Assembly (NCBI GenBank): GCA_944329385.1
Contig: CALVIE010000001.1
Span: 2,168 to 66,167, forward strand
Reading direction: 5' to 3'
Length of the DNA stretch: 64,000 nt
Source of the DNA: an uncultured Bacilli bacterium
Lineage (GTDB): Bacteria > Bacillota_I > Bacilli_A > RF39 > UBA660
The position numbers and the translations under genes were made by a program. Below are positions 45,742 to 54,711 of the stretch, piece by piece; the first letter of the stretch is position 1, and every line of letters starts with the position of its first letter. The notes under the pieces were generated by a model. It searched no databases, was not told where the DNA came from, and worked only from the letters and a program-made list of their open reading frames with translations.

Positions 45742-45851
45742 TGTACTTTCTCCTATTTTTAATTTTTTCTTAGTTTTATTATATCATATTTTTGTCCTAA
45801 TAGGACAAAAATATTCATTTTAATTAAGCTATCATTTAATTAGGTGATAAC

Positions 45852-46088
45852 ATGGATGATAATTTAAGCAATTATTACTGCAATTTAGTTAAGAAAAATT
45901 TAAAGAGATTAAAAAATGAAAGAAATTGGAGCATTACTAAAATGGCTTTAGTTTTAGGACTTAGTGAAAGTTATTTAGGACATTTACTTAGTTTAAAATC
46001 GCCTAAAACTCCATCTATTCAATTACTTGGGGCAATTTGTGGAAGAGCAAATGTTCAAATTACTTATTTTTTTGAAAACGAAAAATAG
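45852..46088 (+). CDS. HTH (XRE-like) DNA-binding protein
   Basis: WSITKMALVLGLSESYLGHLLSLKSP is a helix-turn-helix; the gene is divergent from P3 across an intergenic region containing a 29-bp perfect palindrome. Confidence 0.5.
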   Translation: MDDNLSNYYCNLVKKNLKRLKNERNWSITKMALVLGLSESYLGHLLSLKSPKTPSIQLLGAICGRANVQITYFFENEK

Positions 46089-46100
46089 ACCATTTGGGGT

Positions 46101-46811
46101 CTATTTTATTTTAAGAACAAGTTTTTTTACATCTTCATCTTTGACTGATTCGGTTAAGGACATTCCTTTTAAACTTTTATAAAATCCACACATAGTGTTT
46201 GTTTCAATGTTTGAACGCTGTTTTAAAAATTCGGCAAAGCTGTCATAGTCTTGTGAGTTAATAAAATCATAGTATTCATCAGTATCTTCTTTAGTAATAA
46301 TTACTGGAGCTAGTCCTTCTTTCCAAAGATTAGCTGTTAAAATTAGTTTCGCACTTCTTTTATTACCATCTTCTAGCGGATGAATACGCATATATTTAAT
46401 GTTAAACATGGCTTCTCTTAGGAATGGATCTATTTCGTTCCAAGTATGATAATATTGATAAAACAACATATTTAAGGCGTTTGGTATTTGGTTTGGAGCA
46501 ATTGGATCAAATGTGGCTTTAGTACCAGCTGTGACACCAATACGTCTTAAGCCTTTTGGCACTTCATAACTTTCGTTAATAATATTGCCTACTGTTTTAA
46601 TATTTCCTAAGTTTAAATAATCAGTGTCACAAATCAGATAAGAAAGTGCTTCTAGGATATTTAACATTAAATGAGTACGTTGTTCTGGGTTTAAATCTTC
46701 TAATTCAGCTACACTATAGACAAAACGTTCTACAAAGAAATTAGTATATCTTTCTACTATAGATTGATCTGTTATTTGTGGATTTTCATTTATGATTAGT
46801 TCTTCTGACAT
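46101..46811 (-). CDS. Fic/Doc (Fido) family protein
   Basis: HPLEDGNKRSAKL matches the Fic active-site motif HPFx(D/E)GNGR (HPxxDGNxR). Confidence 0.8.
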   Translation of the reverse strand: MSEELIINENPQITDQSIVERYTNFFVERFVYSVAELEDLNPEQRTHLMLNILEALSYLICDTDYLNLGNIKTVGNIINESYEVPKGLRRIGVTAGTKATFDPIAPNQIPNALNMLFYQYYHTWNEIDPFLREAMFNIKYMRIHPLEDGNKRSAKLILTANLWKEGLAPVIITKEDTDEYYDFINSQDYDSFAEFLKQRSNIETNTMCGFYKSLKGMSLTESVKDEDVKKLVLKIK

Positions 46812-46887
46812 GTAATCACGCCTTTCTTGGTGGTTTATTATAGGTTAATTTTTATATTATGTCAAGAAAAAAACCACTTCGTGTGGT

Positions 46888-47658
46888 TTATACACCCATA
46901 GTCATGGTTTCAGGTAAAGTTGAGCCTCCATCTATTATGATACCTTGAGCAGTTATATAGCTAGATTCGTCAGAAGCTAAGAAGGCGGCTAAATTTCCTA
47001 ATTCTTCAATAGTACCTAATCTTTTCATTGGAATGCCTTTAGCAATACCGTCAACGACGCTTTGTGGATCATTAGGATTTGTTTCTTTCGACATATTTTC
47101 AACCATTGGAGTCATGATATAACCTGGCATTATAGCATTAACTCGGATATTTTTTTGAGCCAGTTCAGCAGCTAATCCTTTGGTAAAGCCAATTAAGGCA
47201 GCTTTGGTTGTGGCGTAAGCAACTTCGCCACTATCAGCTACTAATGGTCCGGTGACACTTGATAAGTTTATTATAGAGCCTTTGATCATATAAGGCAATG
47301 TGGCTTTAGTGACATTCCAAGTACCTTTGATGTTTATATCAAAGTGAAAATCTCTTAGAGCATCTTCCATTTCCATGAATGGTTTTAATTTACATACTCC
47401 AGCATTATTAACTAGAATATCAATATTACCTAATTTTTCATAAATGTCTTTAATTGCACTATTTACTGATTTAACATCTCTTATATCTACTTTATAGGCT
47501 AAGACTTTATCGTCTATTGTTTTTAAAGTTTCATCTAATTTTTCTGAATAGTCTAATATGGCTACTTTAGCTCCTTCTTTTAGAAAAACTTTGACAATTC
47601 CTAGACCATTTCCCATGGCACCTCCAGTGATAATGGCTACTTTGTTTTTTAGTTTCAT
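46888..47658 (-). CDS. SDR-family NAD(P)-dependent oxidoreductase
   Basis: TGGAMGNGLG Rossmann motif, NNAG, and catalytic YATTKAAL (YxxxK). Confidence 0.8.
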   Translation of the reverse strand: MKLKNKVAIITGGAMGNGLGIVKVFLKEGAKVAILDYSEKLDETLKTIDDKVLAYKVDIRDVKSVNSAIKDIYEKLGNIDILVNNAGVCKLKPFMEMEDALRDFHFDINIKGTWNVTKATLPYMIKGSIINLSSVTGPLVADSGEVAYATTKAALIGFTKGLAAELAQKNIRVNAIMPGYIMTPMVENMSKETNPNDPQSVVDGIAKGIPMKRLGTIEELGNLAAFLASDESSYITAQGIIIDGGSTLPETMTMGV

Positions 47659-48243
47659 TTATTCATCCCTTTCTAATTCAATTATTTCTAATTCATCGCC
47701 TGTTTTAACATTAAAGGCATTGCCTTCGTCGGTATCAATATGCATTTCAAGTAACGATGGATCTAATACTTTTAAATGAACATTATTTAATATACCGCCT
47801 TTTTCTCCTTCAATTTTAACTTTAACTTTTTTTACACCTTCTAAGTTATATTTTTTTACTTCTTCTTTACTAATATGAATATGTCTATTGGCAAGTATAC
47901 AACCTTGATTTAGATGTAATTCACCTTTTGGGCCAATTATAGTAATAGGACTTGAACCTTCTATGTCACCAGAGGTTCTTACTGGTGGGTCTAGTTTTAA
48001 TGTATAAGCGTCAGTTTTAGAAATTTCTACTTGGGTATAATTTCTAAATGGTCCAAGTATTCTAACGTGATTAATAATTTTATCACCATTTTTTATGCTT
48101 ACGAATTTATCTGAGGCAAATTGACCTGGCTGGCGTAAGTCTTTTACTTTATTCATAGGTTCATCAAATAAGGTTTGATAGTCTTTCTGTGTTAAATGTA
48201 CGTGTCGGTTAGATACACCTAAAATTACTTTCATTTTGCTCAC
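47659..48243 (-). CDS. pduL: phosphate propanoyl/acetyl-transferase PduL/EutD-like
   Basis: Two repeats of the GxxNRHxH motif (GVSNRHVHLT; ILANRHIHIS), about 194 aa, abutting the SDR gene. Confidence 0.7.
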   Translation of the reverse strand: MSKMKVILGVSNRHVHLTQKDYQTLFDEPMNKVKDLRQPGQFASDKFVSIKNGDKIINHVRILGPFRNYTQVEISKTDAYTLKLDPPVRTSGDIEGSSPITIIGPKGELHLNQGCILANRHIHISKEEVKKYNLEGVKKVKVKIEGEKGGILNNVHLKVLDPSLLEMHIDTDEGNAFNVKTGDELEIIELERDE

Positions 48244-48309
48244 CCTTTCTTTTTTAGTATAACATATTTTAATGAATTATGAATATATTTATATGGAAAG
48301 GATGATAAA

Positions 48310-48669
48310 ATGAATAATAATTTTGTAAACCAAAATGGATTTCCAGGTAATCCTATTTACAGTGGTAGTGGGAATATACCCAATCAGCAAGTTCAAATGA
48401 ATTATAATGTACCTTTAGAACAATCATATATTGAGAATATTTTAAGATTAAATAGAGGTAAAAAGGTTGAAGTCTATGCTTCTTATCCAGATTCTAATGA
48501 ATGGCGCGACAAAGTTTTTTCTGGCATTATTGAACAATCAGGAAGAGATCATATTATTTTAAGTGATCCAAATACGGGTGATTGGTATTTAATTTTAATT
48601 ATATATGTAAATTATATTAAATTTGATGAAAGAATTATTTCTGATCCAGAGTTTTATCCGAATAATTGA
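48310..48669 (+). CDS. gerQ: spore coat protein GerQ-like
   Basis: Q/N/P-rich N-terminus, then QSYIENILRLNRGKKVEVYASYPDSNEWRDKVFSGIIEQSGRDHIILSDPNTGDWYLILIIYVNYIKFDE, matching the conserved GerQ/YwdL C-terminal domain. Confidence 0.6.
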   Translation: MNNNFVNQNGFPGNPIYSGSGNIPNQQVQMNYNVPLEQSYIENILRLNRGKKVEVYASYPDSNEWRDKVFSGIIEQSGRDHIILSDPNTGDWYLILIIYVNYIKFDERIISDPEFYPNN

Positions 48670-48711
48670 AATACCTATAAATATTTGTTATAATATTTTT
48701 AAGGTGATGGT

Positions 48712-49257
48712 ATGGGAACATTTATAGTTTTAACATCTATTTTGCTTGCTACTTCTTTATTTATTATTTGGGTAGCTAGTAGTTATAATCATTTTCAGGT
48801 TTTAATAATTAGAATTAATGAAGCGGAAGCAAATATTGATGCGGTTTTAAGAAAGCGTTTTGATTTACTTAATAAGTCTATTGATGTAATTAAAGCTAAT
48901 ACAAAAACTGAGGATGATGTTTTAGAACAAATTGTAAAGTTGCGTTCACGCAAGATTAGTAATTTTGATTTAGATAGAAAGTTATACGATGCAATTAAGG
49001 AGTTTGAAAAATATAAGGAAGAATATCCAAAGCTTAAAAGTACGGAGTCATTTATGAAAATAGATATTGCTTTAAATGAATCTGAAGCTGAGATTGTTGC
49101 TTTTAGAAAATATTATAATGATATTATTACAGATTATAACAAACTAGTTAAGGCTTTTCCAACAAATATTATTGCATTATTTTTTAAGTTTAAAAGTAAA
49201 CTATATTTTGATGGTAAAGATATGAATGATGAAATTGTCGATGATTTCAAATTATAA
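48712..49257 (+). CDS. lemA: LemA family protein
   Basis: N-terminal TM, then the LemA pattern (ANIDAVLRKRFDL...YPKLKSTESF...AEIVAFRKYYND). Confidence 0.8.
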   Translation: MGTFIVLTSILLATSLFIIWVASSYNHFQVLIIRINEAEANIDAVLRKRFDLLNKSIDVIKANTKTEDDVLEQIVKLRSRKISNFDLDRKLYDAIKEFEKYKEEYPKLKSTESFMKIDIALNESEAEIVAFRKYYNDIITDYNKLVKAFPTNIIALFFKFKSKLYFDGKDMNDEIVDDFKL

Positions 49258-49258
49258 A

Positions 49259-49292
49259 AAGTTCCACTATTTGGAACTTTTCTTTTTTTTGT
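49259..49292. terminator. bidirectional rho-independent terminator
   Basis: AAGTTCC-ACTATT-TGGAACTT followed by TTCTTTTTTTT, between lemA (+) and divIC (-). Confidence 0.65.
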
Positions 49293-49689
49293 GTTTTATT
49301 ATAATAAATAAAATTATGATAAATGTAGTAATAGCACATGCATAGATAATGTAAGTTTCATCTTTTTTTATTTGTTTTTTTTCTTTTTCCTTTTTTTCTT
49401 CTGTTTTGATTACATATTCACCATTTTTCGTATATAAATAATTTTCTCTGGCATATCTTGCGACATAATCTTTATCCTGAAGTTTGGTTATTTCTGTTTT
49501 GAGATCACTAGCATTTGTTTTAAGATTTTCTAATTTATTATTAAGGTTAGTTTCTTCCATTTTTAAAGAATATAAATCAGTAACTGTTGTGACTAAGGTG
49601 AAGGCACAATAAATTATAACAAAGATAGCAATTGGTCCAAAGACTAAAAGACGTCTTTTGGCTTTTTTGGGTACTTTTTTCTTGGCCAT
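49267..49689 (-). CDS. divIC: septum formation initiator (DivIC/FtsB-like)
   Basis: Short cytoplasmic K-rich N-terminus, single TM, coiled coil (LNNKLENLKTNASDLKTEITKLQDKDYVARYARENY); it follows yabP-yabQ as in Bacillus. Confidence 0.6.
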   Translation of the reverse strand: MAKKKVPKKAKRRLLVFGPIAIFVIIYCAFTLVTTVTDLYSLKMEETNLNNKLENLKTNASDLKTEITKLQDKDYVARYARENYLYTKNGEYVIKTEEKKEKEKKQIKKDETYIIYACAITTFIIILFIIIKHKKKKSSK

Positions 49690-49765
49690 TTTCTCACCTT
49701 ACTTTCTAGTAAAAGTATAGCATTTTTCCTTTGTTTTTACAATGTAGGTTTTAATTTTAGACAAT

Positions 49766-50044
49766 TTATTTACGGGATGGTAGTTTGTTTTTTATGAAAT
49801 TTTCTAATAGGAATCCTAGTATTATCATGATTAGTTCATAAGGATGAAATGTGGCATTATTTATTTTTAAAAGCATTATGAAGTAAAGTATAACACTTAA
49901 AAAAACTATTAAAAAAGTTCCTATTAATTTTATAATAGTTTTGGCATTATAGATTATTTTATGATTTATATCTATGAATAAAGCAAAAAAAATACCAAAG
50001 GCGAAGGAAAATAGTAGTGAGTTTATTTGAGTATTTAAGTTCAT
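49766..50044 (-). CDS. yabQ: spore cortex biosynthesis protein YabQ
   Basis: Small polytopic membrane protein immediately downstream of yabP; synteny-based call. Confidence 0.6.
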   Translation of the reverse strand: MNLNTQINSLLFSFAFGIFFALFIDINHKIIYNAKTIIKLIGTFLIVFLSVILYFIMLLKINNATFHPYELIMIILGFLLENFIKNKLPSRK

Positions 50045-50334
50045 TATTTAAATAGTTTACCCAATAGTCCGCCTTCTTTTTCTTTGCTTGTTTCTTCTGT
50101 ATAAGCGATACTATCAACTTTTCCTTTGATGGATACATTTCCTTGATAGGTATCTAGTTTTATAATCTCTAATCCCTCGCCTTTTAAGGTTAGGTTTCCC
50201 ATGCTTGTTTCCATGAAAAATTCATTTTCATCAAAGCTTTCTATTTTTTTTACTCCGGTAATGATAATGTTTTTCCTTTCGTTTATTGTTATACTATGAT
50301 TTAAGGAGGTTATAACGCTATCTATTTTATCCAT
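50044..50334 (-). CDS. yabP: sporulation protein YabP
   Basis: About 96 aa with the YabP pattern (ITINERKNIIITGVKKIESFDENEF...LTLKGEGLEI). Confidence 0.7.
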   Translation of the reverse strand: MDKIDSVITSLNHSITINERKNIIITGVKKIESFDENEFFMETSMGNLTLKGEGLEIIKLDTYQGNVSIKGKVDSIAYTEETSKEKEGGLLGKLFK

Positions 50335-50377
50335 TTAGCTCACCCTTTCTAGAAAATTATATGTAAAAAAAGACGAA

Positions 50378-50647
50378 TTATTCGCCTTTTTCTTCTTTAA
50401 CTTTATTATACTCTTCGAGGATTGCATCTTCGAACATTTTACGGCACTCAGGTGTGATAGGATGTGCGACATCATGATAAGTACCGTCGCTGTTCTTACG
50501 ACTTGGCATGGCAACAAATAAGCCATTATCACCCTCGATAATTCTAATTCCGTGAATTGCGAAGCAGTCATCTACTACTACTGATACGATACCACGCATA
50601 CGGTTTTCACTGTCGACTTTACGAACGTTGACTGATGTGATTTTCAA
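50378..50647 (-). CDS. spoVG: septation protein SpoVG
   Basis: MKITSVNVRKVDSENRMRGIVSVVVDDCFAIHGIRIIEGDNGLFVAMPSRK is highly conserved SpoVG. Confidence 0.85.
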   Translation of the reverse strand: MKITSVNVRKVDSENRMRGIVSVVVDDCFAIHGIRIIEGDNGLFVAMPSRKNSDGTYHDVAHPITPECRKMFEDAILEEYNKVKEEKGE

Positions 50648-50724
50648 GCTAACCTCTCCCTTCTAGCATGATTTCATTTTCATTGTACAATATTTTATTA
50701 TAAAAATCAAGTAAAATGGAGGGG

Positions 50725-50967
50725 TTATTCATATATTTTGATAGTTTTTGTGATAATATCGGCATAAGAAAAAGATTTAACTGTTTTATTTTCGGTTAAT
50801 TCTATTAGAAAAACACAATTATACAGTTTGATTATTTTAGCTTCAAATGTTTCCAATTTATTTCTTCCTAAATTATATTTGATTTTGACTATTTTGTTTA
50901 GAAGTGGCATCATATCTTTTTTTATAGTTTTTAAGTTATAAAGTTTTTTATCGGGGATAACCAACAT
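50725..50967 (-). CDS. veg: Veg protein
   Basis: SFSYADIITKTIKIY C-terminus and overall similarity to B. subtilis Veg; it neighbours yabG and spoVG as in Bacillus. Confidence 0.7.
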   Translation of the reverse strand: MLVIPDKKLYNLKTIKKDMMPLLNKIVKIKYNLGRNKLETFEAKIIKLYNCVFLIELTENKTVKSFSYADIITKTIKIYE

Positions 50968-51742
50968 ACATTGTACCTTTCGTGATTATTCCACCCATGC
51001 CATCTTTGCCATATTTGGTTTTGTCTAGTATATCTTTGATGTTTATATCTTTATTAATATCTGACAAACTCATTTTGGCAGCGACAATAGCAGGATCTAA
51101 GGCATGGATGTTTATTCTTTTTGGACTTGATGCGAAGTTTGCACCAGCTCTTATTAATTCTTCATAATATGATGAACATCCTCCAGCAATGATTATTAAT
51201 TTTTCATGACTATTTTCATATTTTCTGGCTTCTTTAATAGCTTCTGAGAAATATTTACTATTTTTATAGGCTTCTATGGTACTTTTATCTCCTTTTCTTT
51301 TATAGTATGCGTCATGGCCAGTTATTACTACGATGTTTGGTTTATATTTATTTAACCACTCTCGCATGTTCTTGGACATATTTTTTTCTTCTTCATTTAT
51401 TCCCATGGCCCATATATTTATATCTTTGTAATAGTCTAAACACCTTTTTAAAAAATCTTTATCACTATCAATATGGAGAATTTTACCTGGGAGGTAGAAA
51501 AAATCGTTTCTATCTAATTGTTCTTTATTTTGAATTCTTTCTAAAAACGGTTTTTCTCCTTCAATGTCCCCGCCTTCATGTTTTTTTAAATCAGAAAGTT
51601 TACTATCAACAAGGAGTCTAACGTTAATTCCTTTTAACTGGCAAGTGTCATTTTCAATACTTAAAACCACAAATATGATGTCATTATTATGTGAATTTCT
51701 AGTGACTAAGTCGCCTACTTTAAAATCCATATTATCACCCAA
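50948..51742 (-). CDS. yabG: sporulation-specific protease YabG
   Basis: Peptidase U57 pattern (VVITGHDAY...IIAGGCSSYYEELIRAGANFASSP). Confidence 0.75.
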   Translation of the reverse strand: MGDNMDFKVGDLVTRNSHNNDIIFVVLSIENDTCQLKGINVRLLVDSKLSDLKKHEGGDIEGEKPFLERIQNKEQLDRNDFFYLPGKILHIDSDKDFLKRCLDYYKDINIWAMGINEEEKNMSKNMREWLNKYKPNIVVITGHDAYYKRKGDKSTIEAYKNSKYFSEAIKEARKYENSHEKLIIIAGGCSSYYEELIRAGANFASSPKRINIHALDPAIVAAKMSLSDINKDINIKDILDKTKYGKDGMGGIITKGTMYVGYPR

Positions 51743-51794
51743 ATAAGTATATGCTTTGAATGTTTTTTTATAACAAAAAAGTTCCGGGGCGGAA

Positions 51795-54299
51795 CTATTT
51801 ATTTAATATGGCATCTATTGGTTTAATTCTATTTACTCTACTAATTGAAATAAAGGTTATTACTAAAGCTATTATAATTGTAAAGATAAACATACCAAAT
51901 GGAACTAATGGACTTTTTATTATTCCGTTTAAGGTATAATACATGTTTCCAAACATACTTTTATTTAATAAATTACAAGCATATATCCAACCCATGACTG
52001 ATAATATCCATGATATGAAACCAATTATTAATGATTCATAGGTAAATATTTTTAAGGTATCTTTATTTCTAGCTCCTAGGGCTCTTAATATACCGATTTC
52101 TTTTTTGGCATATGATATTGATGTTCCTATGAAGTTTGAAAATAGTAAAATAGCAAATAAAACAAAGATCAAACTTACTACTAATATGTATTTATATAGT
52201 GCTTTATATGTACCAATGACCGTAGATATATCTGATTCATGAGGTATACTATAGGTATAATATGTTCCATTTTTAAAATCTCTTATTTGACTAAATTTAT
52301 ATTTGTTAAAAAATTCTTTTAGATTTTTAATGTCATCATCATAAATATATACTTCTTCTAATGTTTTTGTCTTTGGGGTATATTCTTCTACATATTCGTT
52401 ACTGACATATGAATTATCTTCTATAGTTACGCCTATAGTATTTATAACAATATTATCGGTTTTATTTGTTTTTTGATTATATTTTTTTAGTTTTATTTTT
52501 AAGGAATTAAAATTATTACTATTTAAATAACTTTGAGTATATGTTTCTACAATTTCGTTATATGAGAGCGTGCTGTTATTTTTTGAATATTCTTCTAATC
52601 CTTGGTTATAATTTGGATCTAGCTTTTTTAAATCGTTTATAGATAGTATTACTTCATTTTTGTTTAATTTGTTTACTTCTTTTAATCCTTCTTTGGTAAT
52701 TATAGTTTTATTTTTGGTTAAACTATTTAAATTATATGTGGATATTTCTTCTGGATTAATATTTTCATTATCTACTATATTGGTAATAGACATTTTAGTT
52801 AATATTTCTCTTTTATCACTATTTAATTTAGCTACATTTGTAAAACCTTTTACGTAAACGGTGCATGATGGTTCAATATAATCATTTTGTATGTAATTTC
52901 TTAGGTCATAATTATTAATCGGATTTCCATTTTTATATTCTTCAAACTGACTATTATCGTCATCTACTACTCCACTTATGGTTACTTTATTATCGCCTAA
53001 TTTTAATTCATGTTTTGAATTTACAAGCTCTTCGATATTTTTTGGTTTATATAGATTATTTTCACTATCGATAACACCATATTTAATTATGTATTCGGCT
53101 AAATATTTATGAATGACTAATTCTTGATTTGTTTCTGGAAGTTTACCGATTAATTTACCTACTACTTTGTCATCTGTTATTTCAACGAATCTGATAATAG
53201 CTGGTTCATTCATATAATAATCTGGTTTTTCTATTTCTGATGCACCTAATTCAAAGGTTAAAATTGAGTTATTATCATATAACATATAGGCTTTGTTTAA
53301 AGTACTTTTGGTATCTTTTTCTATTTGTTTTATGTCCTCTTCTTTTAATTCGTGTGTTTTTTGATCATATTGTCCATAATATTCTGTTTTAGTTACGGTA
53401 TAGACATATTGGTTATTTTCCTTCATGGTGTTGGTCATTAAATCTACTTTATCAAATATTAAACAGTTTACGGTAAAGCCCATAAAGATTAAAGCCATAG
53501 CTGTTAATATACAAGTCATTAAAAGTTTTAATGGTTTTATGGTAAGGGATTTTAAAGCTAATTTAATGCTGTAAGAAAATGGTAGTTTTGATTTTGTTAA
53601 ATGAAAATCTTCAATTTTTATTTCTGTTTTGGGGTTAGTGTCATGAATGATGTTGCCATCTTTTAGTTCAATTATTCTATCGGCATAAGTTGCGGCAGAT
53701 TCCATATCATGTGATACGACTATTACTAATTTTTCTTTGGATATTTCTTTTAATAGTTCGAAGATTTGTTTACTTGAGGTTTGGTCTAGGTTGCCGGTTG
53801 GTTCATCGGCTAAAATTATTTTAGGGTTTTTGATTAAGGCTCTAGCAATGGCAACTCTTTGTTTTTGTCCACCTGATAATTCATTTGGTTTTCTTTGCTC
53901 TAAATCTTTTAATCCTAAGCGATTTAATAAATTTTCTACTTCATCTTTTTGGGGTTTTTTATTTTGCAATCTTAAAGCTAGCTCTATGTTTTCATAGACG
54001 TTATACTCTTCTAGAATATTGAATTCTTGGAAGATAAAGCCGATATATGTATTTCTATATGAGTCATACTGTTTATTTTTAAAGTTACTGATGTTTTGAT
54101 TGTTGATTAGAAGTTCTCCGCTAGTAATATTATCTAAGCCACCTAGTAAGTTTAACATAGTTGATTTTCCACTACCTGATTTACCAGTGATGAAAACCAT
54201 ACCCTTATTTCCTATTTTTAAGTTTATATTATTTAAGGCTTTTGTTTCGACTCCTTTTTTAGTTTTATAAATTTTATTTACATTTTTAAATTCTATCAT
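51795..54299 (-). CDS. fused ABC transporter ATP-binding domain plus FtsX/MacB-like permease with a large extracytoplasmic domain
   Basis: N-terminal Walker A GKSGSGKST, signature LSGGQKQRVAIARAL, Walker B ILADEPT; then TM, about 400-aa extracellular region and a C-terminal FtsX-type 3-TM bundle. SD AGGGGG. Confidence 0.75.
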   Translation of the reverse strand: MIEFKNVNKIYKTKKGVETKALNNINLKIGNKGMVFITGKSGSGKSTMLNLLGGLDNITSGELLINNQNISNFKNKQYDSYRNTYIGFIFQEFNILEEYNVYENIELALRLQNKKPQKDEVENLLNRLGLKDLEQRKPNELSGGQKQRVAIARALIKNPKIILADEPTGNLDQTSSKQIFELLKEISKEKLVIVVSHDMESAATYADRIIELKDGNIIHDTNPKTEIKIEDFHLTKSKLPFSYSIKLALKSLTIKPLKLLMTCILTAMALIFMGFTVNCLIFDKVDLMTNTMKENNQYVYTVTKTEYYGQYDQKTHELKEEDIKQIEKDTKSTLNKAYMLYDNNSILTFELGASEIEKPDYYMNEPAIIRFVEITDDKVVGKLIGKLPETNQELVIHKYLAEYIIKYGVIDSENNLYKPKNIEELVNSKHELKLGDNKVTISGVVDDDNSQFEEYKNGNPINNYDLRNYIQNDYIEPSCTVYVKGFTNVAKLNSDKREILTKMSITNIVDNENINPEEISTYNLNSLTKNKTIITKEGLKEVNKLNKNEVILSINDLKKLDPNYNQGLEEYSKNNSTLSYNEIVETYTQSYLNSNNFNSLKIKLKKYNQKTNKTDNIVINTIGVTIEDNSYVSNEYVEEYTPKTKTLEEVYIYDDDIKNLKEFFNKYKFSQIRDFKNGTYYTYSIPHESDISTVIGTYKALYKYILVVSLIFVLFAILLFSNFIGTSISYAKKEIGILRALGARNKDTLKIFTYESLIIGFISWILSVMGWIYACNLLNKSMFGNMYYTLNGIIKSPLVPFGMFIFTIIIALVITFISISRVNRIKPIDAILNK

Positions 54300-54464
54300 A
54301 TTAGCCCCCTACTTTCTAATATCATTTTATCACACTTTTACAAAGTTTTGAGGTTTGATATGATATTTTTTGTTTTTTATTATGTAATGAATAGTTATAT
54401 TGTTTAATTTATATAAGGAATATCTTAACAGTTTGAGTGCTTGCCTCCAAAAGGAGGTGGTGAT

Positions 54465-54539
54465 ATGACTAAGAAAGATTTTTTAATTTTTTCTTTAATT
54501 ATTATCATCTTTTTACTTATAATTTTATTATTTAGATAA
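54465..54539 (+). CDS. candidate small hydrophobic peptide (24 aa), type-I-toxin-like
   Basis: Strong SD AAAGGAGGTG 6 nt before ATG; MTKKDFLIFSLIIIIFLLIILLFR (charged N-terminus plus TM helix). The SD is embedded in a CCTCC-AAAA-GGAGG hairpin. 10-bp perfect inverted repeats at 54433-54442 and 54557-54566 bracket the ORF. Confidence 0.3.
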   Translation: MTKKDFLIFSLIIIIFLLIILLFR

Positions 54540-54711
54540 TGATTTATAAATAGCAAAAGCACTCAATTTACATTCTGTAGATTAAGTGCTTTAACCATAA
54601 ATTTTAGGTAAGTACTCAACATTGGAGTGTTAAGTATTCCTTTTTTATTTTATGAGAATAATCTCATCTATATACATGGTAACATAAATTCTTGCTGTTT
54701 TCAAGCTTGGT

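Noticed and set aside
50335-50571. 78-aa ORF overlapping spoVG in another frame
   Set aside because: The SpoVG frame is strongly conserved; the alternative frame has no support.
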